Source of the DNA: Daphnia carinata
Taxonomy: Eukaryota
Assembly: GCF_022539665.2 (NCBI RefSeq)
Contig: NC_081333.1
Coordinates: forward strand, 7,192,001-7,256,000
Reading direction: 5' to 3'
Length of the DNA stretch: 64,000 nt
Part shown: piece by piece, positions 1 to 15,055 of the stretch
How positions within the stretch are numbered: position 1 is the first letter of the stretch
Layout of the letters: each line of letters opens with the position of its first letter
Made by a program: the position numbers and the translations under genes
The notes under the pieces: generated by a model
The model's input: the letters and a program-made list of their open reading frames with translations, nothing else
Told to the model about the DNA's origin: nothing
Databases searched by the model: none

Positions 1-173
1 CTATCAAAAGAAGTACGGGCGACAAGCTCTTCTTTTTTTTTTTTTTTTTTATTGTTTAATTATTCACTTTATTCACTGTTTTATATCTCTTTTCCTTTCC
101 TTTCCAAATCCTTGATGAATTGCCAAAACAAAATTTAATTTTTCATTTTTTTTTTTTTTTTTATTACTTGCAG

Positions 174-1095
174 CGATGCGGATTATCACGATCACGACCA
201 AGCTTGCGCCAGTTACGAGCATCAACAGGAACGTCCGACCTCGGCCAATGGCTTTAACCGTTACGCTGGCCAAGCTCGCAGATCAGAACCGATTGAGCAA
301 CTGCCTTTCGACGGCCATCGAGATCCTCAACGCCACTCGTACCCTCAGCCTACGTACAACGCTCGGCCTTCGGTTCACAACGAGAGACCCGCTGACCAAC
401 ACTTACAATCATATAGTTGGCGTCAGGGACAAGGCTCCAGTAATCGCAGTCACGGCCATCCGAGCCAACGCGCTAACATGCCATCGACAACTGCGTACCA
501 CGGTCGCACAGAGAGTCCCGTGCCTCCAGTTGGGTACGATGGTGGTCGCCAGAGGAGTTCGTATTATTACCGCAACGCGTCTACATCCGAAGCGCCAGCC
601 GTACCGAACCACATACGCTTTACGGACCGTTCACTGCCTCGCGAGAGCGCGGTCCACGTGGATAACTGGAACGATAGAGCCAATTCGGCCAACGGGGACC
701 GTAGTCGTTCTAGTTTCAATCATCTAGTGCAACAGCGTGGCAATACCAGGCCGATATCGCCATCCGTTCAGGTCGTAGCTGAGCGTCGTAGCAATGCGTC
801 TGTATCTTCGTCCTCAAAGGCCCGTGAGCGCAGTCTGAACCGCCATCATCGCGATGTGTCGGATAATCAGTCGACGTCGTCGATCGAGGTTTGCTACGAT
901 AGTCGCCTAGTGGAACCTACTGCCGGCCACGACTTCCGCCAGCCTAGTTCCAAAGAAAAGCCTCGAGATCATCAACGTGAACGATCTGGATCGGAACAAG
1001 CCGATCGTCGTCCGTCCGGGAAAAAGATGCGCCATAGAACTGCGAAACGTTTGAACGCGGATTCTTATGGAAGGCAATCGAACGATGTGGATTAA
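174..1095 (+). CDS. Terminal coding exon of an unidentified gene that begins upstream of the window; low-complexity R/S/H/Q-rich, probably disordered C-terminus (~306 aa, DADYHDHDQ...RQSNDVD*)
   Basis: Polypyrimidine tract plus TTGCAG acceptor ends at 173. The frame starting at 175 is open through the 478-1095 ORF to TAA. GC-rich coding-like composition against AT-rich flanks. AATAAA at 1407-1412. No recognisable domain. Confidence 0.75.
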
Positions 1096-4000
1096 AAAGA
1101 AAAAAAGGATATCCCTGACTCCGATCACGTCGATTCCCAAATGCTAGAGAAAAAACAAAATTTAACAAAGAATTTTCCTTGGGTTTTTAAACCCAAAATT
1201 TTTATCGCATTTTTAAAGAAAACCATTTAGATTTTGTTTTTTTTTTTGTGTGTGTGGGTATGTGTTTGAATCTTGGAACGGCGACTACCTTGTGTCAGTT
1301 TCAAGTATCAAAGTTCTCTTTGGGTTTCGAGCGTGTCGGTATCCTATAGCTCGCGAGAAATTTCACTCTTGCCGAGTTTTAGAAATGGAAGAAAGCGACG
1401 TCGACCAATAAACAAATTCTGGCGAGTTAAAAATATCTAACGCACGCGTTTTGTATGCTAATTTTTTTTTCTTTACTGTTATTATTATTTTCATTTTTAT
1501 TTCTTTCAAATTTCGGTGTGAAATTATTCAACCGTTTCGGATTTTTTTCTTCTTTTTTTTTTTTTTTTATTTTTGGATAACGTGTTATTGATCATGTCGA
1601 CCTTGACCCGTTGGCATAGCGGTGCACAAAACCTCGCCTCTGCCATTCTTTTTTTTTTTCACGTATCGATGGCACGTACCAAAGTCGATTTTTTCTTTTT
1701 TTTTTTTTTTTTTTCAAACGAAGCGAAATACCTTTAGCTGTGTGTGTGAACTGGTTGATCAAGAAAATGCTCGCAATCATCCTCCCTTTGCAATTTAGTT
1801 GCGGGTTTCTCACTTTCCTCAACACCCGTAATTACCAACAGACACCGCAAAACCCGACAAACCTTTTTTGGCTCCGTCCATGGTGGGCGGATGCGTTCCT
1901 CTTTTTCATTTTTTTTTTTTTTTTTCTGTGCTAACTAACAAATCGACACCAATTTCGCTGTTATGCTCGGCTCGCTAACAAGGCGCTGTTGTTCATTTGT
2001 CGGGATTGTTGGTGGTTGGGGGGAAGAAAAAAACGGACCGTGGTCGCACTTTGACGAGTTAAGGTGAAAAAGAAAAAAAAAAAAACATGATTATAACTCA
2101 TGACGTTTGGCCATGAGTTTCTTTGCCGCCTCTTTTAAGCGGATTAGATTATACAGCAAGAGCACCAAGTACAGCACATCATCACTTTTGGCCACCATTC
2201 TTGGCCTGTTGATGCATTTCTGTGTGTTACCTTTTGCAACTCTCTTTGACCAGCGCCTTTTTTTTATTTCGACTCGTTCCGTCTCCGCCAAAAAAAAGAG
2301 GGTTTAAAAAAAAAAATGATTTTCTTTACTTTTATCTTTTCTTTTTTTCTTCGTCTTACTTTATAATTCGCTTTGGATGGTAGAAAATGTATTTCTTATG
2401 CACAACAGCAGGTTGCACAGTTTTTACAAGGCATGTTGAGACGACGTATTTGGCAATTGAATTGCAAGTTTAAGGTAATTTCACTGGCGAGAAAACCGTG
2501 TTAACTTTCAACGGCAGTCCGTGTTTAACACGTTACTTGACAAGCCATTTTATTAATTTTTTTTTTTTGTGTGTGTGTTTGTCTTTTTTTCTTCCCCGTT
2601 TGATTGCTTTTAATCCAGGCTTTTTTTTTTTTATCTCTTCGACATCATGACGTTTTCTTCTTCCCCTCATTTTCGTGATTAAATGTAGTTGGATTGACGT
2701 GAAGGCGATCTCCCGTTAATCAACCCAAAACTGACCTTGATCGCGTCGATAAATGTTTATTCACGTTACACGGAGGCGCTTTACATTGGAATGCAGTAGT
2801 TTGCTTATCGGTCACAGAGAGAAAATTGAAAACGAAAAATTTCCGATGGCGGCAAATAGAAATTTGTGGTTAACTCACCTGAAAGCCCAACACATTGTAT
2901 CTTTTCATCGCATTCACGTTTTGTATGTGTGTGTGTGTGTGTGTGTGTGCATACGTACTTGTATTCATACAGGCTGACACTCTGACCCGTTAAATTTATC
3001 TTTTCTCTTTTTTCTCTCTCTCTCTCTCTTTCGTCGAGGCCCAAGAGATCAATCAAACAGCTTGGCGTGTCTATCGCTTTATACATGGGGAAATGGTTGA
3101 CCAATTGCCAAGGCGAGACACAAAGGAAATTGGAGAAAAGGAATAAATCAAACGACACACGCATACAGATTACCTGTGTAACGGTCAATAGCGCTGACTG
3201 ATTCTTTTGCTTTCCATTTTGCGATGGAGCGATTATTGGGGCGGTGCTCCGACTTCTGTTACATTTCCGATCAAGAACCAATTCATTTGCCATCGATAGA
3301 TTTTTTTAAAAAACGAGACTTGGAAAAGGAGGGAGGCGTCAACGTTGTAACCTTTCCTGCCGCAAAGCTTACTAATCGTCTGGAAAATGTGTGTCTCTGG
3401 CACATTGGGCCAGTTGTGTTTCCCTCTCCGTTTTTTTTTTTTTTTCTATTTCTTTTCATGAAGAGCGGCACTGTGCGATCGAAACCCCCCTCGGTCACTT
3501 TTGAATGGAAGTGACCTTTTGACCCCTTGTCTTGATATGAGCCGCTTCTCCTTTTTTTTTCTTGATATATATATATTTTTTTTTTTTTTGCTCTATGAGC
3601 TCTATACAACAACATACAGACACATACGAGAAATAGAGCATCAGCGGAAGGAGAAAGGGAGCGGGGGGCGGCCCCCGGATCGGCGGCGATGGATTGTCAC
3701 CCGCGATTTGTATACTCCCTTTTTTTTTTTTTTTTTTTTCTTTAAAGAAAAAGCGCACAGCCGGGAAAATAGAAGTATATAAAGAAAGGAAAACGAAAAA
3801 AAAAAAAAAAAATCCTTTTTTCTTCGTTTTTCTTAAATATGGGGAAATTACTTTTGGCTTGAGCCGGAGGTATTTGTAAGAAGAAGAAAGAAAGGAAGGA
3901 TAATACATGTAAAAAAAAAAAAGGAAGCCAAAGAGCTTAACGATATGTGAATTGAAGCCGGGGGGAGGAGGGCCAGCACAGGGAAATGCAGACACACGCG

Positions 4001-5240
4001 CACTCTTGACAACAGTTACACTGTGCGTAGATAGGAGAAAGGGAATTGGAAAAGACGATTCTCTTTATAGGACCAAAAAAAAAAAAAAAAAACACAATAG
4101 ACTTGAAATTCAAAATGCCTTTTTAGCCCTTCGCCTTTTTTTTTTTCTTCTCTTTTTTAACGATGTGTATGGATCCAACCGATAGAAGCCCCACGCAGAC
4201 AAAACCACAAAGAGAGCAAGCACACATTTTGGTATAGGTTTTAGCTTCTCTTATTCGTTGGAACGTTTAGGTTTTTATAGCCATCATCATTGGGCTAAGT
4301 CTACTACGGTTTTTAATGATGGTTTTCTTTTGTTTGTTTCCCTATAAATCTTGAACATGTTCTTATGACAAGTACATACACACACGAATGCAAATAAATC
4401 AAAAGAACTTGTTAAGAATAGTGTAGATGAAGAGCTCAGGTACGTTGTAGTTTGAAAGGTTTTTTTTTTTTTTTAAAAAAGGGGGCTAATGAAGTTCTCG
4501 ACTTGTACGGACGGCCCGGTATAATGGCATAGCTACCGGAACGCAAAAGACTTGGAAAAAAAAAACCATTAAATAAAAAAAAAAAAAGAAAAAAAAAAAG
4601 AGGTTTGAGTAGGACAAGGAAGGAGCCTCTCGCGAAATTGATTTTCTTTTCAATTTTCACCATCATCATTTTTTTAGATTAGTTACATGGCTGCCTCTGT
4701 GTTGAGATTTTTAAAAAATTACACATCTCCGACGTACGTTAATTACGTGTAACTGTAATTACTCGCGTGTCTCATTAGTATAAACGATCGTAAACCCTTT
4801 TGTTAATCCTGCAAAGCGATTCACACCGGAGTATTAAGACGCACACGTTGCGCAACTTTCGCCAGAAAACGCAACGCTGTTTTCGGTTAAATTCCGACGT
4901 AATCGAGATTTTACGGGATCACGAACAGAGACTACAGCTAAGTCTTTTATAACACGAAGTTCCCCGACAGTCGTACAAACACCTTTCTTTCTCTCTTTCT
5001 CTCCCTTTTTTTCTCCACATCATTCTCTATCCTAACGCCAAACGATTACGCGTAAAAAAATACGGGGAGTGTTGGGGGTCAAAAACGGGAGAAGCTCGCG
5101 GGATAGGCCTTTTTGTTGTTGTTGCTGCCTTCACTATCTCCTTCGTGTTAAAAAAAAAAAAAAAGCTTCTCTCGCACTGCGGTCAGCGTGTACTATACAA
5201 CGATTAGACAAGAGACTCCCACGGCATGGAAACAACGCTG

Positions 5241-5290
5241 GCACACACACACACACACAACCACACACACACACACACACACACAAACAC
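5241..5290. repeat. Interrupted (CA)n microsatellite
   Basis: Directly visible; representative of many (CA)n/(TG)n tracts in the window. Confidence 0.85.
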
Positions 5291-7747
5291 AAAAGCGTCG
5301 TTTGCACATACCGAAAGACCTACAGATGCAACCGAAATGGATAGAAACAAAAAAAAAAACGTCGCTGATAAAGAAGCTAGCGGAGAGGGAGGGGAGCGCA
5401 AATGGAACGATAGCGGAGTGCACCCACACCTGCAAAAAAAAAAAAAAAAAATACTTGAAATGGATGTCACCTACTGAGTGCGTGTGTATGTGTCGTGTTG
5501 TTTGCCGTGCACATGTCCAAAAAGGTTCTCGCTTGCACGGTAACACGGGAAGCAATTTTTGCGTTGTGTTTGTGCGCCATGATGCAACACTGGATTGCTT
5601 GCCGCCGTCGATCATTGCTCTTCGCGATTATTGTCGACCTTTTGCTTTTTAGTATTTTATTTTTTACTCCTTTTTTTTTAATATATCTTTGAGACCAAGG
5701 ACGTCGATTATGCGTTTCGTTTGTTTATCATGGTGGCAATGGAATGGGCATATTTGCATTTGGCTACATTTGACAGGATTCCATATCTAGAGATAGACTC
5801 GTTTGACCCACTGAGGCGGCACGTACAATTAGTAGAGCATGTGGACTATTCATTTCAGCTCCTATTTTGAAAAAAAAAAAAGGATTATAATAAAAAGTAA
5901 TACAAAATAAATAGGAGACAAGAGATTTTCGAGACTTTTATGATTGACCTTCCGTGGGTGGTCTAGTTGGATTTGTGTATCGTTGTTCACCGCTGATCGT
6001 GTGTATAGTGACCTCTTTCACTTTTTTTCTTTTGGGTGAGCAGTTTTTTTTTCAATGTCTGTCAGACGGGCTCTTATTGTCCGGTCCTTTTCTTGACAAC
6101 TCTGTGATGATTTGATAGGCATGAACTTGAGATGCGTGGACAGCGAAACTCAGAAATGAGGAAGGAAAATCCAAAAGAAAAAAGGGCCAATAGAGATGTC
6201 GATTCTCCTTCATTTCGAGACACTCAATTTGTCGGCTCCATTAGATGCAGAGAATCCGAATCCTTTTGCTTGGATTGTATGAAACTGTCTTGATTTGAAT
6301 AGCGATGCGTTCACGAAGAATAAACCGCTTCCTTGCCAAAGACTGTACAAAAAGGAAGGGACAGATTTCAGGACAAGGAAAAAAAAAATGATTCGACGAA
6401 AAAATTGAAAGAACAAGAAGACTGAATACGGAGGGGAATGTTTGACATGTTGTCAGGTGAATCGGCGCTTGTGCCAAGCGTTGCAAATCGTCGTGGGAAA
6501 CACAAGATGGAAGCACGAGAAAATGTAATAAACAAAAAATTGTTGGAAGATCGAAAGGCAGAGCGAAACGAGAATGAAGGAGTCCCCGACGAGATGGACA
6601 AAAACAAGTGTCAAATTCTAATTCGAATCGGCCGCTGTTGCCGACACAGAGAAGAAACTAGCGGTCCATCAGGAAAAAAAAAAAAAAAAAAACTTGATTA
6701 TGTGGCATTTCCCCCCCCCCTTTTTTTTGGAAAATTTCCGTCCTTCACTGCCGGACATAATGGAAGAAATTTTCAGGTCCGCAAAAAAAAATAAAAATAA
6801 AACGGGCACACTCGCGTGTTTTGCCTCCCGCACCGTTGTCGATGGGTCACCAAAAAAGAGAAAAGGTTTTGACTTTTGCCGCGTTGGAGGAAGGTGTTAA
6901 TTTCCCTCCAAAAGAAAAAGAAAAAAAAAGGGGGTTGAAAAATATATAGATTCCACTACAGACATCAAAAGCAAGGGGGGTTTTGTAATGATGATGGGGC
7001 CCCTCTTCTTTTCTTAACTCATTCAAATGGAGTGGTATAGGTGAGATCCACGGGCGTGCGCATATTTTTTCGCAGTTCCCCGCATTCGATTTGATGTGTT
7101 TTGATGTTACAAAAGGAATGTGCAGATTTTGTTTTTTGTTTCTCTTTGGCTTCGCAACGTGTAGACATCTATAAAAGATCTATACGTTTTGTGTGTACGT
7201 GTGTTGGCCGGCAAGCGATGGCCGTGAAGGAAAAAGAAATGGGGATAGAAATCAAGAGAAAAAGAATTATAAAAAGACGAAGCGCAGTAAGTAAGTAAGC
7301 AGGGGGGCTCTCACGGTACCTTGAGCTCTTATAGTTGCTGACGCTGTTTCTTTTGGCTGCAGCATGAACGTGTAGTCAAACCGAAAGAAAGAGAAACAAA
7401 AAAGAAAGAAAGAAAAAAAGAGCCAAGCTCTTCGAGCGCACACAACCGCCCCGCCGGTCGTCGTCGGGTGATGGATCGCCTTCGATCCGGCTGGAATCGA
7501 TGTCGACCCCCCTCTTATACAGTACAGGACAGGGCCAAAAAAACCGGGAACACTATCTCATTCTTTTTTCTTTTTTTTTCTTCTCTTGTTTTATATTCTT
7601 CATTTTTTTTCCCATTTTCCCCCCTTTCTCTATCATTTTTTTTTTTTTGAAAAGTTATATCTCTACGCCTTTTAAAGCAGCTCCTCCTATTTGGCAGAGG
7701 CTCATTTCTCGTATTTTGAAACCAGATGTGCAAACGTCCATTTGAAC

Positions 7748-7767
7748 AGCGCGCGCGCGCGCGCGCT
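7748..7767. repeat. (CG)n alternating tract (perfect palindrome)
   Basis: A(GC)9T directly visible. Confidence 0.85.
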
Positions 7768-10700
7768 CAAGTTCAGAATGCGGTTGATTTCTTTTCATTC
7801 CCACCTGAATTTTTCTGTGGTTTAATGACATTCTGGCTAAAAAAAAAAAATACCCTCGTTGAGCGCTGAGACACCCAACGACAAGCGTGGCTAATTTAAT
7901 TGAGCGCAGCAACAACATCTGTGCGTCGAGAAAGAGGGTATATACGATGCAGGCCAGTACTCATCGCACTCGAACAACACAAAAAAAAGGGAAGACCCTG
8001 CATTGCGAGTGCTGTTTTGAAATGCCTATTTAGCTCTCTCTCTCTCTCTCTCTCTCTCTGTATCCGACATGCAAGTATTCACGTACCCATAAGGATCAAA
8101 CCTTTTTTTCCCGTTGAAAAAAGCTTCGATCTGTTCCACGTATTGATGAAGAAGCCCAAAACGGATTCCGCCTTTCTTTTTTTGTTTTTCTCTTTGACTT
8201 GCAACAGTCACGTATACTACTAATGTTTCCTTATTTTCTCTTATTCTCGCCCCGTTTGTTTTTTTAAAGGATCAAGGATTTCAGCACCGTGATGGTATAG
8301 AGACTACTGTATGTGTCTGTAAATCTGGTAGCACACACACACACACACAGATCGTGAAAGGATATAGCCTATTCACAAAGCCTAGCGTGATGTAGTGATT
8401 GGTTTTTCTCTCTTGATTTCCTTTAGTTTTTTTTAATGCGTTTTATGTTAATGGCCATAAAAAGAAAAAAAAAGAAAGAGAGAGAAAAAATAGAAACGAT
8501 ACTCATTTGATAGATCCAGCGTTCAACATGATTATTCATCGGCCTCGAGACGTCGACCTGTTTCACGTGCGGCTATGGTGGAATGCCACTCGTTCACGTC
8601 TTTCATACACATGTAATAACCCCATTACAAAGTCAATAGACCCTATTATTTGGAAAAGGGAGGCCGGAGTTGATGGAGTTGAGACGCAATCAACAAATCG
8701 TCTCTCGTGCTCAACCGATCAAACACTTTGCTTGAATATTAGTCCGTCTTTATTGCCTACAAGTTTTTTTTTTTTTTTAGTTATACGTGAATGTTTACAA
8801 ATAGATAGACACGGCTGCCGGCTGTATCGAATGGAGGAAAGAAAAAACGGCGGTAGCAGTAGATAAATGATGAGAGCATGACGGGACGGAAAATGGCGCA
8901 ATACATAACAAATTGTACGGATAATAAAAATCGAAATCAAAATATTTCAAAAGAGAATCAAAAAGGCGTCAGAGAAACAAGGCGTTCTTCCTTATTTTTT
9001 TTCTTGATTGCAATGTTTTGTTGGGCGTGGGGTGGGGGGGGGGGCTTTTTGGGATAGAGGAAAGACGACATTCTTGACGATTTTTCTGTTTCATATTCCC
9101 AGGGCCTGAATGTCTGGTTAGCCGTTTCTTTTTTTTTTTTCAAAGTTGCGCGTGTCATTGGCCCAACATTAGCAAGCCATAACCTGATTGTAAATGGGGA
9201 CGAAACAGAGAGAAATGGGGGGTCAAGAACACAAGGCAAGAAAAGAAGGGGGGAACACATTTTCTTCGTTTTCAAATAGATAGATAGATATTTTTATTTT
9301 TTGTCTTTCCCCTTTCCGAATTCAACATAAACATAACCGCGGTTAGAAAGGCAAAAGAAGACGACCAGCAGCGCGTTGATTAATCGTTGTGCAGGTGTTG
9401 CTACCCGACAGCTTTTGGGGGTAATCAATGTCGGAATCCTTGGGGGGAAAACGAGCATTCAAGAATCAAAGAGCCTATACACAACACACGTATATACACA
9501 CACAAAACATTCCATCTGTTGCCTTCATAATAACTGAAAGCCATTGGAAAAAAAACAGAGTGCGCCGATCCCATCAACACTCCCGTACACAAGGCATATA
9601 TATATTTATATTACATTACTTTTTCTTTATAGCCAGATGTGTTTGTGTGTATGTGTGTGTAGGGAGGGCGGGGGGGGGGGGGGGGGGGGAGGCAATATAA
9701 GAACGGATCGGTAGGGTTCGCATAGGTCGATGGAAATTTTGGAAGAAAAAGAGCTGGTAGCCGATTGCGTTGTGTGGTAGCAGCGGGCAATCACTCCCGT
9801 TACTCTAACACGTCCATAATAAAATGATGAACTACTATTCTAAATAAGCTCACGGGCTTTCGTGTCTGAACGTGGAAGAAGAGCTCGACACGGACTATTT
9901 AAATTGACCACATTAGTACATATAGAGATGTAGTGTATAAGCGAATGTTACAGCAAAGCGAAGGCTGTGTGTCCGTCTGAACTGGACGCAACAGGATACC
10001 CCTCTTTTCGTGACTAATAGTCAATTGGTTGCTTTGAATATTTCTCTCAGCTGGCGTTCTTCTTTCTCCTCTCTTCTTTCCGTCGTTTTCTTTTTTTTTT
10101 TTTTTTTTATTTTTCATCGTTTTTATGTTAAAACATTTCGTTGCCGGCCGTGAGAAGAAGAAATTTCCCCGTACGCGTCTGGCGGCAACAGTGGCCTCTT
10201 TCTATTCCTTTTTTTTTTTTTTTTTTCTACGGTTCTCTTGTCTTGTTTGTCGAATCTATTGACGACCCTCGCACCGCCAACAGTTTTCTACAGAGTGTAA
10301 ACCGGGCCGCCTTATATTACAGCGAGAGTTCAAAAGAAAAAAAAAAAAAAAAGGTTGTTGAGTCTATTTTCACGACACGTCACGTTGATATAACGTTCAC
10401 ATACAATTCAAATAAGATCGGAAAAAAAATGAAATATCTCTTCGTTTTTTTTTTTTTTTTTTTTTCTAGTTAATATTTTTGTACTGTGTGTGAAACGGCG
10501 GGAGTGTGTGAGGCGCAATATCCCGCACTGCCGCCAAACGATGTTATAAGTAAGTATCTACGTACACATAAGAGAATGAGAAGGGGAAAAAAAAAGATAC
10601 TTTTTCATCTTTCCTTCTTTCAAGTATTTTTTTTTTCTTTTTTAGTAAGAAAAAAAAAATGCCGCTCTTCAGCCTGTTTGCGGCTGTGTCTCGTTACCCC

Positions 10701-13700
10701 GCGACGAGGCTTCAAGTTTCACGGCTGGCCGCTAACCATTTTTTTCGGTTCATCTCCAAGTCAAATAACGCGAAGCGAAGAAAAAGAAAAAGACAAAACA
10801 AACCTGTGCCTCTTGCGCTCACAACAAGAGAGAGAAAAAAAATAAATACAAATAAAAAGGAGGAACTATATAGACGGCGGCGGTGGTGGCGCGGCGGCGT
10901 CGGCAACGTAGGTGGAGCAAACGCGTGTAGGCAGGTATGTGTGTATATACATACGAGCGGTAGACGTTTGGAAGGCTACATGCGACTCGTTCTCTCTGTG
11001 CCTTGTGCTAGACATCAGCGTCATCACGTGGAGTGTTGAATAATTCACACAGCCAAAAAATTCAAAGAGAAAGAAATTCTGTGCAGCCTCTAGCGCCCTG
11101 CGTGAATATAAAAGGAAATGAATAATTGGCAAACAGTGAGGTTGATGCTGTGCTTTACAAATGATGTTCCTCTCTCAGCGAGAAAGAGCGTCATGTTTTT
11201 ATGCTAATTGTTTTCAATGCTCCATAAGAAACCGAACAAACATAAACTGTTGTTCTGCTAGCAGTCTTATGTCGACCCATCGCAAGTCACATTCCCTTCT
11301 CTCCGTTGCTACGGCTACTTTCAGCTGTTTTATTTTTTATCAAACCCCCAAATCGTAAAAAAGAAAATGCGATTTATTCACATGCGCACGATGTTGTGAT
11401 TCGATTTTTATGTGTCCGTCTGCTGTCTTTTTGGCGTGAACAAACGAGCTCGTATAGAAATTATTCATCCACAAACTTGCGGATATTATTCACCTTCTTG
11501 AAATGTGCGTACGCAATCGTCCAACTCTTTTATTCGCAATAACACCATCAACGTGCTGAGAGTGACAAGCATATTTTTGGTTTTCCTTCACTTACCCTTC
11601 GGTCCCGAGAATAATGCTGTCATAATTTTGAGAATTATTGGAGCCGTAAGATGCCAACAGAAAGTTTAGTGTCCAACTCGCCGAGTATGGCAGACGCCGC
11701 TTAATAATAATGTGCCAATACTATGTCTGGTATTTTGCATGATCGTGTCTTGTTGTTTTTAAGCGTCATCAAAGAGTCATTGACTGTCTTTTAAAAATTT
11801 GGCAAAAAAAAAAAATCAATCTATGGGAGGGGGTCTATGATCATTCCTACTCCAGGTAACCTACTCTGTACTTAGGTATGTACAAAAATAAAAGAAGAAT
11901 AACTCAGTTGGGTCAAGCAAAAAAAAAAAAAAAAAATCGATTGCGTCGTGTGGATAGTCTCGGGGCTTCTAAAAAAATGCCAATAGCCGCGTGATGAGAG
12001 GCAATCGGACTGCATCAAAAAGCTTGGCCGTCGCCTTTTTCCCCACGACTAGACTCTTCTTATAGGTTACGTTTTCGCTATCTTCTCTCCGTGTCTATAT
12101 TTATCCATCTATGCGCACACAAACACACACACACGGTGTATCTAAATATATATAATCCAATATAGCCATGCCAAGTCGTCAAATAAATAATCCAATAATG
12201 GTTTCGGATCACGACGGGGATTTTTTTTATTTTTGAAAAAAATTTTTTATCCGTGTCCGAGAATAGACACACGTACGAGAGTAGCTACAGCTCGTCTGCA
12301 TTTATATTACAATCGATCGACCAATAATGGTTTTTCGATACTCTCGGATTTTTCAGCTAGAGGCCAACAATAGAAATATAGAAAAAGAGAAAGGACCTTT
12401 AAAAAGAAAGAAGTGTGTGTTGTACCGTTGATGATGTATTTCCCATTTCCTTGTATGCTAATGAATTCCTCAGTCATTTTGTACACACACATAGACACAT
12501 CGCAGCTCTTACATGCACAGCTATTTATTCCTTTTGTATACATACTTTTTTTTTATTTCCTTTTTGGGTTATCCGAAGAATAAGCGCGGCTTCTCTTCAC
12601 AGAGAACGAAAAAAAGCGACTCGTTTTTGTTTTGTTTTTTTGTTTCTTTTTTCTCTTTTGCATCTTCGTCTGATGTGATCAACAAATGAAAAAAGGCCCA
12701 AACAACCAACAACGAACTAATCAAATCAAATGATGAAAATATTTTCGTTGATGTGAAACGTCAAATAGTCGAGACTGATCGTCACGTGTGTATACAACAC
12801 GGCATTGTCGGCCTCTTTTTTTCTTCTTCTTCTTTACCTTCTTAGTGCGTGCGTGTATTCATCTTTGTATTTCTTTTTTTTTTTTTTCTTACCTCTTTGC
12901 ATTATACCCCCTTTTATTTTGTTTGTTTGTTTCATTCGCCTTCATCATCATCATCATCACCGTCGTCTTCCTGATTATTTTTGTTTTCGTTTTTGTTTTA
13001 CCTTCTCTGATTATTTGGATTTTTGTTTCGAGAATGTGTCGGAGTTGCGTAGCCATTATGCGGCGCGTGGAATTAGAATGAACGAGGCATTTTGATGTCA
13101 GTCGTAAATACAATGGCGTTCGTGGGGGATCGCCATTTTTACACTTTTATACACAACATGTGTTTATAGGAGAGAGAGCAAGACTGCATAGCACACGTAT
13201 AATTATACTTATATTATTCGTCCATCAAAAGATTTATAATTTTTATTTCCTTTTTTTTGGCTCGATCGTTGGGGGGGCTCTCTTCTTTTGCGAAACAATT
13301 CTGCGAAGTCATTAAAGCCTAAATAAAACAACGCTGTAGCGGCTTGTAACGATCATCCTTTTTAATGTGTAACCAATCCATCACGAGCATTCGCTTACCT
13401 CTAAACTCTCTTCTGCTCGCGCCGTTACGCTCACGACGCGAATCGAATTCGTGTTGGACGTGGAGATTTTAATACGTTAAGAAAAGAAGAAAAAAAAGAC
13501 CCAGCGACGTGAGCTGTTGTTGCTGGTGGGAACTGATTACACACATCGAGGTCCCCTTTACAGAAGCCAAATAACTGTCCATCTATAGATAGATAGATAA
13601 ATAGATAGATAAGGCGAGACGATCGGGAACTTGCTGAGGGCGGGCAAGGTCGTCCGTGACTTTTGAAACACCACAACAAATCACCTCCCTTCGTCTAGCC

Positions 13701-15017
13701 TACCTCCTTCCTTTTTTTTTTTTTTTCTCGTTGTTGTTCTTGTTGCTATTGTTGTTGCCGCTACGGACTTGACGGCTCCACCGTGATTTATCGATTGATT
13801 AGCGCATGATTAGTTCCCTTATTTTTCAAAAACTTCCAGATAGGTATATATACGCTCGTTACTTTAGCGTGATTATTCTTTTTCTCGAACGTGTGATGGC
13901 TTTTTTTTTTTTTTTTGTTCAGGAGGGTCGATCCTATCTCGGTGTGGGTACAAATAGCAGGCGTGAACCCATCGTCTTTTAAGCTCAATTACGCAGTCAT
14001 AAATGATAACAACTGAAGATGATGCAAGGTCTTTTGCCTCGCCAAATCTTTTTTAACGAAATGCGTTTATGGTTTTAAAAGAATGGCTGGGTGTTTTTCA
14101 CAAATTGTTTGAAAAATAAAAAATTTTCTTTCTTCATTTACAATTTGCTGTCGCTTCTCCTACAACAGGTGGGAAACCAGTCGCTTTTTTTTTCGTCCGC
14201 ACTTTCCCCTGTGATTAAACAAAAAGAAAGTAGGAAACGAAAAAGATTGTCGGGGTCCTCTTGATGACGATAATGGGCGGTGGACAGAGGTCTTGGGGGG
14301 CCAAAAAGGTCCTCATCGCAAGTAGTCCAGGAAATAATTCAAATGGCGAGTTGGTTCGGAATAAAGGGCCACCATTTAACGAGAATATTCGCACAAGTTT
14401 CCCTTCTTTACTGTTCTCAACTTCTAACTACCTTCTTCGCACTTTTAATTACAACTGCGTCCACACCGAGCGCAGATGGGAAGAATTTAAAAAGAAAAAC
14501 TGTTCGTACCTTTGTGATTGAAACGCGCTTGTTGAAAAAGAGGTAGGAGGGAATCGGCGTACCTTGTTATCTACAACCGAAAAAAATGTAAGTACAGGTT
14601 GAAGAGGCAATTGCCTGTGTTTTCTGAAAGAAATACGCGCACCGTTCAACCAATCGGAATAGCCTCTCCTCTGCAAAAATAAACACGACCATGAAAAGAC
14701 GGTCAAAAGAAGTTACTCTGCTGAAGTACCTTCTGTGTGTTGTATAGACATTTTCATTGTTAGAGTGTTTCGTTTTTTGCTTGCGCCCGATTTGAAATGA
14801 CGGTCGTGACTCGGCCGTTTCGTCCCGAAAGAGAAAAAAAAATTGTTGCTATAAAAAGGAGAGAGAATTCGACCATTCTCGGTCGATGTTGTTGTTTTTG
14901 TTTCGCTCCCGAAATAGACAGAAAAGAGACGAAAAAAAATTGATGGAAAGGGCGCGGATCGAAACGGTTTTTACTACGCTAGATCTCGTAGCATCGCCCT
15001 TGGGAAGTGAGTGAATG

Positions 15018-15055
<38 letters not shown>

